Positions 1-11,967 of a DNA stretch of 64,000 nt are shown in pieces; position 1 is the first letter of the stretch; every line of letters begins with the position of its first letter. The DNA lies in assembly GCA_964016885.1 (NCBI GenBank), contig OZ024743.1, positions 17,236,001 through 17,300,000 of the forward strand, given 5' to 3'. The notes beneath the pieces were generated by a model. It was given only the letters and a program-made list of their open reading frames with translations, was not told the DNA's origin and did not search any database. Source of the DNA: Eledone cirrhosa. Lineage: Eukaryota. Made by a program: the position numbers and the translations under genes.

Positions 1-14
1 CTGGAGTAAATATT

Positions 15-370
15 CAATGATATTAAATAACTGGAAACTATATTTATAAAACCATATTTATTCTATTATATATATTTCAAGGGTACCAAACAGCTTTGGT
101 ACGCTTTCATCAGATAACATAGAAAGAGTGTTTTATAAAGGTTGACATAGCCAAAGAAAACCATACCTTATCAGTTGAATAATCCTTGGGTAGTCAAGGA
201 TTATTCAACTGATAAGGTATGATTTTCCATGGCTAAGCCGAAATTTATAAAACACTGTTTGTATTTTATCTGATGAAAGTGTACGAAATTTTTTTGGTAC
301 CCTTGAAATATATATAATAGAATAAATATGGTTTTATGAATATAGTTTCCATTTATTTAATATCATTGAT
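15..370. repeat. Long imperfect palindrome (~175 bp arms, centre ~189-194), probably inverted Penelope pseudo-LTR ends
   Basis: ccttatcagttgaataatccttg-ggtagt-caaggattattcaactgataagg at the centre; pairing extends to both ends. The outer arm (tggaaactatatttataaaaccatatt) recurs next to the Penelope RT fragment at ~50646-50672. Confidence 0.8.
262..324 (+). ncRNA. Minimal type I hammerhead ribozyme motif; mirror copy on the minus strand at ~58-120
   Basis: CTGATGA at 270-276, stem II gtac...gtac, GAAA at 305-308, palindromic tatata, then TA. Stem I is tattttat/atagaata. The minus copy has stem II gtaccaaa-gctg-tttggtac. Confidence 0.55.
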
Positions 371-571
371 TAGTTTGACATACATATAGTTTAATGAATA
401 TAGTTTGAAAAGAATACCATACAATAAAAGGATATAGCAATAAAGGTGATACCAGGGAGATGGTACGAGCAGTGAACGTTTACGTACGTACCTAGAAGCC
501 AAAAGCTATAATTGTAAAATTCATTCAGCATAAGGTATAAGGCATAATGATGTATATATATATATATACAT

Positions 572-635
<64 letters not shown>

Positions 636-818
636 AAATGAAGTAATTCCGTCGGAAAAGTCCAGGAAAAAAGAGTGCTCTATGTAAGCAACAGAGCTTA
701 ATTATTATTATGTAATAAACAACATAAGGCAATTATTCCATTTACCAGTGGTTTATTACATAATAATATATATATATATAATACATGTTTATATATATAT
801 AATACATGTTTATTACAT

Positions 819-876
<58 letters not shown>

Positions 877-2327
877 GTGGGGGCGGTGTATGTGTGTGTG
901 CACGCACGCGTATGCGTGTACATATAAGCTTATATGTGTGTAATGTGTAATCATGTATGCATCTTCATTATAATAATTTTAATTCATATTCCAAGCAAAT
1001 ACATGAAATTGTGTTGCTTCGGTGAGAATTACAAACTGTTCCATACCTTCTTTGGTCTTCTCTTATTATAGGAATTATTTTTGATTTTAATACCGCAATA
1101 AACGAACATGTCAATAATTTGTAAAATACAAAGACGTCAGCGTGGACGATAAGCACTTTTATTACTATAGGAGTGTGTTATAATGGAATGTGCTCTAACA
1201 TTAATATTAAGGTAGAATGGAATTAATGAATTGTAAATCACTTTCAACTATTATTAAAATTTTGTTTAAATTTTCATAATTTTTAAAAACTTACAATTAT
1301 GTATAGAACAATTGTTACAGTGTTGTCAATAACAAAATACTCAATATGATACTTTCTTCTGTGTAGAAGTAATTGATTGTTGTATTGTCCGGTTCTATTT
1401 ATAGGAAAATGTCTGTGTAGTCACTAATTTCGCAAAAGAGCAGATGTGCAGCCGTTTATAATGACGTCATTGATATCTTCTCTAGGAGCTGTTTGAAATT
1501 GTTGAGATGTTGTACGTGAAATACATTAAAGTAATGCCTCTGGTGTGAATCAAGGATAAATCAAATGAAAAAAATTAAATGTATGTCATTACAAAACTTT
1601 GCTGATACCAAGCATAACAAGGATTCATGTATACGTTTAATAATATGTTATTGATTTATTTTTTCTCTATTTATATTAGCAAGGAAGATAATTCTCAACC
1701 CCAACTTTAATTAAACATCAATATTTTCAAATGTGTTAGAAAAAACATTTCCAGGTATTGTGAATAAAAAAGATGTATTAGAAATATTTGCCCTGTATAT
1801 AAAAAGTGCAGTCCTTCGAATGAATATATTCATATTTTATCAAAACCGTACACGCTTGATAAAGCAGCAACTAAATAACAACTATTTAAAGGTAAATTCA
1901 TTTGAATGACGTTTAATTAAATTATATATTTATATATATAAATATATTTAAGGTAAGTAGGATTAAAGTCATTTTAACAGCATATACACCATTGGCATAT
2001 GAAAATCGTTTCAAAAATTGATCAATCATAATGACCGGGGATCGATTTTCCCTCGATATCGTATCAGATAATCGAGTTTGTTTGATCAAAGAGACATCCA
2101 CACTTTGATCATTCTTTGCACATATAAAGTTACATATAATCTCGATAGCTGATGAGATGTCGAGGAAGAGACACACACACATAAATACGCACACACACAT
2201 ATATATTTTTCCTACACCCCATTCCAGTCAAAAGCCATTGACAACCGTGTAATGACTTGCTATATTCAGTAAATTAATTAATAATTATGTAAATCTGAGT
2301 ATTTCGAGTATTAATAATATCATTCGA

Positions 2328-2458
2328 TTCGTTTGGAATTAAGCAAGCAGCTTCTTAAGCCATATGAGTAGAATGATCTTGCTCTTGTTTTGGCATAAGA
2401 ATGACGAGCTCATTCTACTCACATGACTTAAGTGATTGTATGCATTATTGCAAACGAA
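2328..2458. mobile_element. Small foldback / MITE-like inverted repeat
   Basis: ttcgtttggaat...cttaagccatatgagtagaatga pairs with tcattctactcacatgacttaag...attgcaaacgaa. Confidence 0.55.
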
Positions 2459-3719
2459 TTGAATATTGTTTTTACATTTCTTGTATTCAGCCTTGTAGAG
2501 CGATAAAACTATTTGTTACTTAATTAATAATTTGTTTTGGCCTACATGTTTCTATAAATTCGTTCATTGCCCATTAGTTCTTCCTCTGATATTGAGGAAA
2601 AATGGTTAAATTGGCAAAATAAAATGTGATATCTTTGGTGGAAGTGGAACTATTGGAACTTATTGTAAAGTGGTAGTGTAAGTTATAAATGACTACAATG
2701 AAAGGATTTTTATGAAAAAGTATGTACATTTAAGATTAAAATTGGAATTAGAATAAAAGGAAATAGGATACACAGATTATAGAGTATATGAAATAATAGG
2801 AAATATGAAGGTACTGCCGCTACCATTCTTTCCATTGTATTTTCAATCAATTAATCCTTTTCTTCGAGCAAGCCCTCCACTTTAAGGGTTCCATCTGTCC
2901 TCCTTAGTCTCCCCCATCTATGCTGTTTCTACTATTGGATGTTTAGTTCTTTTATGTTGTTCTGTTGAGCAAGCAGTTGAAACTCAAGAATAGCAGGTTT
3001 TAATATTTAACAATATACAAAAGTAAGTATGTGTAAACTATGTATATATCAACTTCTATTTTTGTGTTTGTTTCGATATGATCGACTAACCAGCTGTAAG
3101 GCATCCCTTTGGCTAATCCACCATATATTTACTGATACAAGTGAGTGAATATTAGACTCGAGAAATATGTACTGTATAATATGCTGAGTTAGTCCAGTGT
3201 GGTTGAAACGTGTTCTCTTCATCACTTAAAAATATGTATATTCTATAATTACCTTTCACAACTAGTGCGTTTAATTCGTAATCCATGCGTTTCTCTGATT
3301 AGTCTCTATTAATCGCGGTTGACCTTTCACTATCCACGTTTGAAATCCTAATTAATTACTGTTTGGCTTATAGCTTCATCGAATACACATTAACGTGATT
3401 ATATATAGCCATGCCGTTAACACTTTTACTTAGCTCATATTACTTTAAAATTAATATGTTTTATGTTGATTTAAATTCATTGTTAATAATGAACTACCAA
3501 TCGCATTCTTCATATCAAATTAGCAGCACCTTGGATTATTACAGCAAATAAACACGGTCCTAAATTTGATTTCTCTCTAAATTGTTTAGATCGTGAAGGT
3601 TGTAATACAGCGTGGGTCATAGACAATCTTTTCATGAGTATGCATTTCATATATTAGCTGCAGCTAAATCCGTTTGAGATTTAAGGACTAAACTGTTTAA
3701 AATGCGTAATCTGCCATGG

Positions 3720-4260
3720 CTTTTTTATTTCTAAACTTGCATTAATCTCGAAAAGATATCGAAATTGTACAGAGTGGAATTCAACGGATGTGCATTTTCG
3801 CGACAACATTGTTCATATTGTTTAATATAAAATATACACTTCTAATTTTCATAGGGGATGTATCAAACATTGTTATCCAAAAATGTGCTGTATATTTTAT
3901 GAGAATTCCTGAAAGGATAATGGCGATAAGTCTAATTAATTATTGGTCACAATGGCGAATTCAAATTCATGAGGGGTTCATGATAAACGACTTCAATGAT
4001 TTATAACGGATGATTAATATTTTATATATCCTCCAAACTAGATATCAAGAATATCCATGCAATCGTTTCCTGTTATTAGATGCAGAATTATTACAGGTGA
4101 TAAAGGAAGTTTGTATTCTTGATATTAACGAGATTTAAATTATTCTAAGCATTACTAAGTTAAAGATGGTGTTCATATATATGAGAGGGAAGCCCATTTA
4201 TATTAATCTAGCTTTTATAAATACAATTATGGTCTGGGAATCGAAGAGAACTACTGTATG
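3720..4260 (+). mobile_element. Highly decayed LINE reverse transcriptase remnant (RTE-like)
   Basis: agtggaattcaacggatgtgcattttcgcgacaacattgttc reads, with a frameshift, SGIQ-GCIFATTLF, resembling the RT motif G(V/I)xQGCxL(S/A)PxLF. The rest is full of stops. Confidence 0.3.
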
Positions 4261-5135
4261 GTCACGAAAAAAATAGGACACATATAACGGTCAATGCACT
4301 GTATTGTAACAACTGACATTATTTGAAATATTTACACTATTTAACATATATAAAGTGTTACATTGTTTAAGCTGAATTTGTTAATGAAACAAACATTTGA
4401 CAATTGTTTTGCATTTTGGAGTATATGCTCTCCAGAATAGGTTTAGTATTTAAAATGCAAACTCGTAGATGCAGTTTTCTAATTCAAATTTGATATGCTA
4501 ACGAACATAGGGGTCAGCCTCTCAGAGCGAAATGAGACAAACATTTGACCTACATAGAATACATCAAACCCTTACGTACACATGTACCCATGGCAAAACC
4601 AACGTGGGTTGATGACACACCCTTTCAACGTTCAAGTGCCCTAGATCTAGATGCAACCCAGAAAAATGTTCTTATTTCTAATCACATAATGCTTCCTGCG
4701 TACACCGTATGTCGTTGTGCATTACTGAGAGCTACACGTACATATGTTGCAAAGAAACGCCTTAATCGACCAAAGTCACCCGTTCATCGACATGACTGAT
4801 GCTGCTCAGCTACTCAATCAACATCGCCTTCCTTTCACACGTTGCGCAGTAAGACAGCATGACTTGAACAATCTTCGGACATATATATATCTGGCACCAA
4901 ACATCCTAGCCTACCCGCTAAATGTTTTGGAGGGAGTGGCTGTCCCAGTATCAGCTCCGGAACCGCACTGCAAACATCATCAATTGGCGAAGACAGACTT
5001 TAGCGAGCTGCAGTTGTCATATTAAATATATTCTATATAATAAAGCCAACATTGGTTTATAGTATACTGTACCCTTTATTGTGGCCAAAGAAGAGATTAG
5101 TATAATAGTAATAGTAGCATTAGTATTATTTTATG

Positions 5136-5349
5136 CTGTCGATTGGTACCATTGATAGAGCGTTGAAATATATGATTTATGATATCGAGTTACGGCCGTT
5201 TACATTCTGAGTTCAGATCCTGCCTAGGTTAGCTTTGCCTTTCTTCATTACGGGATCGATAAAATAAAGTAACAATAATAACCTGGGGTCGATTTAATCG
5301 ACTCCCTCTAAAACATTGTTGAACTTTTAACTAAATCAGAAAAAAAATG
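5136..5349 (+). mobile_element. Older, diverged copy of the tRNA-type SINE
   Basis: B-box-like gagttcagatcc and central ctttgcctttcttcattacgggatcgataaaataaagta, matching the other copies. Confidence 0.65.
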
Positions 5350-5372
5350 TTATTACCATCATTATTTTCACG

Positions 5373-5526
5373 TATCAGTAGAGGGTCGGACGCCATGCTT
5401 TGACGCATAGTGTTACGGCCCTCGCCATTCTAAGTTCAAATCCCGTCGATGTAAACTTTGCCTTTCATCCTTACGTATTCGATAATGCACTGGATAATTG
5501 CTGGCCTTGTGCCAAACTTAGAAACA
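5373..5526 (+). mobile_element. tRNA-type SINE with 12-bp TSD
   Basis: B-box agttcaaatcc, core actttgcctttcatccttacg, tail ggccttgtgcc...agaaaca. TSD attattttcacg at 5361-5372 and 5527-5538. Confidence 0.9.
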
Positions 5527-5973
5527 ATTATTTTCACGAGGTAAACTCTCTATATGAATTATACACCTATTAAATCATATAACAGATGTGACGTAATCCC
5601 TAATCGACCGTAACTATTTCCGTAATTTATAGATTGTTCAGGATGTATAAAACATCGAAAGGGGATAAATCCTAAACTCTGATCTAATCCATTATTTTTT
5701 AACAATTTATAAAATGCATTGACAATGAACTTGGTGAAAGCATCATATATATTTTGATCATGTTATAAAGGGTCAGTAAAGCATACACATTTTGAACGCT
5801 GGAGTGTCAAATAATTTTCAGATAGATATAGGAAAAACGGAGATGATATACATATATATATATATATATGTTGTAGCTCTGATTCACATGAATCATCGAG
5901 CGCTTGCCACACATATCGGACGTTGATTTTCGTTAATTCCTGAGCTGAAATACGATTCTCGCTAATTTATATT

Positions 5974-6031
<58 letters not shown>

Positions 6032-6059
6032 TATGTGTGTATCATATGTATATCATATG

Positions 6060-6146
<87 letters not shown>

Positions 6147-7351
6147 ACATCTTCATCACTAGGATAGTTATTCTTTTTTATTGAGCGTTAATGTTTTCGT
6201 TGAAAAAAGAAAATTCCTAAAGTTTCATCATCTCTGAATTTGGATATATTTTCTGTTACCTTTTTGGCATGATCCCATAGAACTTCTTTGGTTTCAATTG
6301 CAATATTTGTGTCCTTTGAACAGATAAACTCCATCAATTTGAAGTCAATATATATAACAAGCTTATATGAAATCCGTATTCTATTATATCACATTTTCTT
6401 TTATGTGTCTGAAAACTGTAGTCTCTTTTATTATATCTGCAGTTCAGGATCGAAGTTGATGTATGTACACTGATTGACCTCTGTATAGCTTTGTTAGTTA
6501 ATAGCTTGCAATTGGTCAGAGATTATTCTTGAAATGTCTAGCAGAAAATTACTCATATTGAACACTCAATCTCCATTCTCATTTACACGCTTCTCATCAT
6601 AGATCCGATCCTCTTTAATATACATCATCAATCTAACGTATATAACTGCAAATGATAACGGTATATTACTTAAAAATAATCCACTTTAGCAACGTATTTG
6701 GTAGTATCTTATTTAAAACCCCTTCTTACTTTTTGCAATATCTCCCCGGTATATGTGTACCTGTGTAGCGTGTCCTTTCTGCTTATAAATTGTTTTTTTC
6801 AAATTTAGTTACTGATACTATTTCGTAGTAAATGTGCTTATACCAAAGCACATTCTTCAAAAGCTGCACCCACGCACCTTAGTATTATAAATCTTCATCG
6901 CAGAGATATGGCTCATAATTTTATATCGATTCATATCTCTAATGTTTTTAGAGTAAATGCTAAAATATTTATGCCTAACTACAAGGTTTCATAACAGTAA
7001 ACATTGTCAAAAAAGAAACTAATTTACTTTTTTTATCGAAATTGAAAATATATTATATACAACACGACGTCATTTTTATCCAAAATTATATCTATGATAT
7101 ACTCAATCTTCTTATCTGAGGACGGGCATTTGTTTTACATTCACATACTCACACCCACATACACACCACTATAAATATATATATATAATATTAAGGATAC
7201 TACCTATGGTTATGTATATAATAAACTTTTTATAGTTATGTATATTTTAAACCTTAAACAGTGAAGGTCAATAATTTATTACTACCTTATTACCAGTAAG
7301 ATAAATAGCTCCATATAATAACATCAGTTGTTCTACAGAGCAGTTATATAG

Positions 7352-7883
7352 AATTCACAAGAATCAAAGCTATGTTCAAAGCATTTATTCACTTACAATT
7401 GTTTCAGCCAAACCTAGGCTTGGTGTCTTCGGAGCATTTTTCAATGTTTGTACATATAATTGACCTCCTTTCCAACGCAAGAGACATACAGATACATATA
7501 TATATATTGATGTACAGTGGAGTGACATATATTATACTATACTATTTTTGTACAGCAATTCAAATTCAAGATAAAAATCAAAATCAAAATAAAAATTAAA
7601 ATAAAAATTAAAATACATTCGGCAGATAACACAGATAATGCAGGAGGATAGTTTGATAGTCAGATCTAGTAGGTAGTGTATGCATTAGTTACACATGGAG
7701 CATGCAAGTGTGTCTCATTTATACGATTAATGGGTGGCAATAACTCTATGTCTCTTGCGTTGGAAAGGAGGTCAATTATATGTACAAACATTACAAAATG
7801 CTCCGAAGACCTCAAACCTAGGTTTGGATGAAACAATTGTAAGTGAATAAATGCTTTGAACATAGCTTTGATTCTTGTGAATT
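7352..7883. repeat. Inverted repeat, ~137 bp arms (7352-7488 / 7747-7883) with ~258 bp spacer
   Basis: Opposite-strand ORFs give nearly the same peptide MFKAFIHLQLF...LLSNARDI. Flanked by (TA)n. Penelope pLTR or MITE origin is inference. Confidence 0.9.
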
Positions 7884-8892
7884 ATATATATATATATATG
7901 AATTCTAAACAGAATCCCATAGTAACTTTAAAGCATTAGATTGGTCGCATTATTTGCGTTAGTGTGTGTGTTGCAATATGCCCGTTCGTGTGTACTTTCC
8001 CTAATTAAGATGTCAAATTTCGAAAATGGCTACAACGAGATTTCCGCTACTTTCAGGTATCTGCTGAAAAACACAAATTGTCTAAATATGCATACCCGCA
8101 TAATGACTATTATACATGAAACAAATACTCTGACAGCACAAATGTATAATAGAAAACATATTCAATACACATATCAAGAAACAATACGTAGTGCTAGTGT
8201 CATGAAATAGTAAGCTAATATTTAAATAACAAATGATTTTTAGATTTATTACGCTTTTTTAAATTAACAACATTGAAATAAGTATGCATGTTTTCAATTA
8301 AGTTTAGATATGTTTTAACAAATGTGTTATTCTCATTGTTTTAGATAAACGTTCACCTAGATAAAGTGTGCAAACACTGTTAACATAAAACAAGGCTTTA
8401 TTTTTCTTTATTTGTGTCGTTACAGATATAGAATGTGTGTTGGTTCTTAATGAAATAATCACCTTATCGACGATTTCTTAAAAACAAGATGTTTCTATAC
8501 AATTAATGTAAGTATAATAATTTACACACATGTACAACACTGTAAATTCAGTAACATAAACTTTTGAGATGTTATGTTCATAAAATAATCCTTATTTCAT
8601 TATTTGTACATTGTGTGATAGTTTATTACTGTACGTTCAAATCCTCTATAGATTTCATCTCTTCCTGTGATAACGCCCTACCTGAAAACACATGTAATCC
8701 TACATGTTACCTTCATGGGTAATGGATCAAGAGAATGATGTCTAATAACAAAGTAATATGCACATGGCGCTGGATATTTCGATATTCTCACGCTTTAATG
8801 TAGCATTAGCCTATAATTAAGAAATCATTTACATAAAGAAAAATGCGAAACAATTTCTTAAATATATACCTCTCCCACCAGCCTTTTTATAC

Positions 8893-9118
8893 CTTTTCGA
8901 AAACAACTTCGTATTCACATAATTTGCTAGGAATAGGCCTTAAATCGTTTGAATATCTGAATAAATACGTTATCATATTTCCGTGTGCAGGGAAACAACA
9001 AGACACAGTACAATGGCGATACCAAGTATAATCTTTACAATTTTCGTCATGTGTAGAAAAAACGTAATTGCCATTACTGATTAAATCAGCTCGAATAACG
9101 TTGAAAGATGTCACACAT
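8893..9118 (-). CDS. Candidate exon encoding part of an F-type lectin / galactose-binding-like domain
   Basis: Open frame (ER)CVTSFNV...CCFPAHGNMITYL...KLCEYEVVFEK resembles the FTP pattern C..P..GR.V.I...LCEVEV. AG at 9119-9120; donor AAG|GTATAA at 8892. Confidence 0.3.
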
Positions 9119-9738
9119 CTTTCAAATTATTATGCGCAAAACAAAAACACGATTTAAGGCAAAACTAATTGATACAGCAAAAATAGTAGTAACAACACGG
9201 AGATATCATTACCAACAAAAACAAGGTAACGTGTGACAAAAACACAATAGAATATGATAATCATAATAACGGTAATAATAAGAAAAAATGTAACCACGAG
9301 TGATTACAAAGAACGCAATTATGACGATGGTAGCAGCGAATTAAACAATTCCAACAAAACAATATCTCCTTGAGACTGGAAAAAAGGAAGCTCATGAAAA
9401 AAGACAGCAACATGCTGATTTAAGTATCTCGGCTGAATCTCTTAAAAAGCAGTACAATAAATTAACCACATGAATATCTCCAGGCCCTGATGGAGATATT
9501 ATGACGTTTCACCACACGATACAGGCGGCTGCTTATATTGTCGAATGAAGAACTGTGGATACGTGCTTTTTTGCTATTGAGTTGTTCAAAGTTAGGTATA
9601 TTACTGTAGATGGGCAATCAGATAGACAGATGGAGTTACATATAGATAGGCAGACAATTAAGTTAGTAGGAACTAGAGAGAGACCTGTAAAAATACAGTC
9701 AGGTAGATAAATACATATATAGATGAATAGATACGCAC

Positions 9739-9788
<50 letters not shown>

Positions 9789-10013
9789 TTCAATAAACAG
9801 GGGAGATAAAGCTGACAGAGCTCTGTTTCGTATTTGTTGGTACTTATCAAAGCTAAGTAATCCACCTGTTTGCTGAAAATGTAAAGTAAATGTGACTGTC
9901 ACTACTCTAAAACAAAGCGCAAGGTCTTCAAAATGCTTTTAATTAAGCATACAGTGTATTGCAAAATACACTATATATACATTCATACATATATCGCTAT
10001 TTCAGAGCACCAA

Positions 10014-10076
<63 letters not shown>

Positions 10077-10276
10077 AGATCAAAAGATGGTTAAAAGAGT
10101 TCCAAGTATTCTATTATGCGTATTTAAAAAAACAAATATCATCATGGGATCAAACAAATATCATATTTGCGATCTCATCAGATAAAATAGGAAGACATGA
10201 TATGAAACTTAAAAAACACTATATATATGGCGGGCCGAACCAGGTTGAGGGTAGCCGGACGGGTCTGAAAACTCCC

Positions 10277-10565
10277 CAGATGGTAAGTCACGGAAAGTGG
10301 ATATTATTGGATTGTCAACAAGGAATTGTATATACGGCTCCTTATCTTGTAGAGCTATTTCTGTTCAGAAGAATTTTGGCTGCTATTTCTAGTTGTCGAA
10401 AACCTTTTCACGCCACTGAAACGAGACCGCTATCTTATGTAGACGCAACACGTGGTAACGGATAGTTGAAGATTTGATCTCGCCCTGTAAGCTCGAATAG
10501 CTGGATTTATTATCAATTCCTTGTTGACAATCCAATAATATCCACTTTCCGTGACTTACCATCTG
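10277..10565. repeat. Perfect 52-bp inverted repeat (10277-10328 / 10514-10565)
   Basis: cagatggtaagtcacggaaagtggatattattggattgtcaacaaggaattg and its exact reverse complement. A degenerate minus-strand hammerhead-like motif lies at ~10105-10190. Confidence 0.9.
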
Positions 10566-11045
10566 ATTAATTGGTGAAATATATTTCTTTAATGGGATAT
10601 ATACAAGGAATGTTAATCACCTTTAAAGGTAAATATTGCCTAAACTAGCTATGCGCGGTTACACGCAAGCTTGAATTATCTCCTGTGATTATTCATGTAT
10701 TTTTATATGTTAATCAATCTCTAGTTATTATAATATGCTCAGATGTATTTATCTTTGAGCTTAATTCTCAGGATTTATTGGCGCATGCTTTTTGTCATGA
10801 CACCCATGATTTCGATTTAGATTAAATTCATTTAATTGATTTATCTTAATTTTGGACTTAGATATATATATATGACAATATATATATATATATGACAATA
10901 TATAAACAACTATCTGGTTGTGGAACCAACCAACCCCAGAAATTAATAAATTTATAAATTTATTATAAATTTATTATAATAAATTGAAGTGAAAGCAACT
11001 GGTGCGTGTGTTTCTTATTGACAACATGACCCTCACAAAGTATAA

Positions 11046-11082
<37 letters not shown>

Positions 11083-11143
11083 TATACACACACATATACA
11101 TATGTACGTATGGGTTATATGTGTGTGTATGTGAGTATATATA

Positions 11144-11220
<77 letters not shown>

Positions 11221-11234
11221 ATATATGTATATAT

Positions 11235-11267
<33 letters not shown>

Positions 11268-11271
<4 letters not shown>

Positions 11272-11753
11272 ACTGGGTGTGACAACATGCTCATGTTACT
11301 GGGAGTCAGTAATAAAATGACCGAGAAGGAAAGAGATGTCGTTGTTCCAATTATGATGCGCGGTTTCAGAGACTTCGCTGAAGAAGCTGGCACTCAGGTA
11401 TCAGGTGGTCAAACGGTTATCAAGCCCTGGTTGACCATTGGTGGAGTGGCAAGTACAGTATGTCAACCAAATGAATGTATTATGCCAGACAATGTTGTAG
11501 TGGGTGATGTACCTGTCTTGACCAAACCCTTGGGTACACAGGTTGCTGTGAATGCGCACCAGTTTTTAGATTAACCTGAACGAATGTCTCGGCTCAAAAT
11601 GGTTGTCAGTGAAGATGATAGTCGAAAGGCTTATCACAGAGCAATGTGTAGCATGTGAAAATTGAACCGTACAGCTGCCAGACTGATGCATAAATATAAT
11701 GCACATGGGAGTACTATGTCACAGGCTTCGGCCTAATGGGTCATGCAAATAGC
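11268..11753 (+). pseudogene. SEPHS: Selenophosphate synthetase (SelD/SEPHS family) intronless pseudogene fragment
   Basis: [33 protein letters not shown]...[46 protein letters not shown]...LNRTAARLMHKYNAHG..(D)VTGFGLMGHA. Stops at 11572-11574 and 11656-11658, frameshift at ~11716, both ends truncated. Confidence 0.93.
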
Positions 11754-11784
11754 TACTGGATCTACCAACTCATAATATTATAAT

Positions 11785-11967
11785 TGTTTCTACTTTAGGC
11801 ACAAGGCCAGCAATTACCCAGTGCATTACTGCTACTTTATTTTATTGACCCCGTAAGGATGAAAGGCAAAGTGAACCTCGGCGGGATTTGAACTCAGATT
11901 GTAAAGGGACGTAGCTATGCTGGAAAGCATGGCGTCCGACCCTCTACCGATACTGCCAATCCACCGC
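11785..11967 (-). mobile_element. tRNA-type SINE, near full length
   Basis: Near-identical to copies at 15813 and 16026. The 3' end abuts ATTAT; no TSD seen on the 5' side. Confidence 0.9.

Noticed and set aside
391-954. ORFs with YIYIYI, VCVC, HTHT or SLSL runs here and throughout the window
   Set aside because: Translations of (TA)n, (TG)n and (AG)n microsatellites; no coding evidence.
4545-5025. GC-richer overlapping ORFs of 84 and 93 aa
   Set aside because: No recognisable motif or convincing splice boundaries.
11002-11267. N-terminal part of the 190-aa ORF
   Set aside because: Microsatellite read-through fused to the SEPHS fragment.
11656-11658. In-frame TGA in the selenophosphate synthetase sequence as a selenocysteine codon
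   Set aside because: The Sec site of SPS2 is N-terminal and absent here. This TGA follows a TAA and precedes a frameshift, so it is decay.
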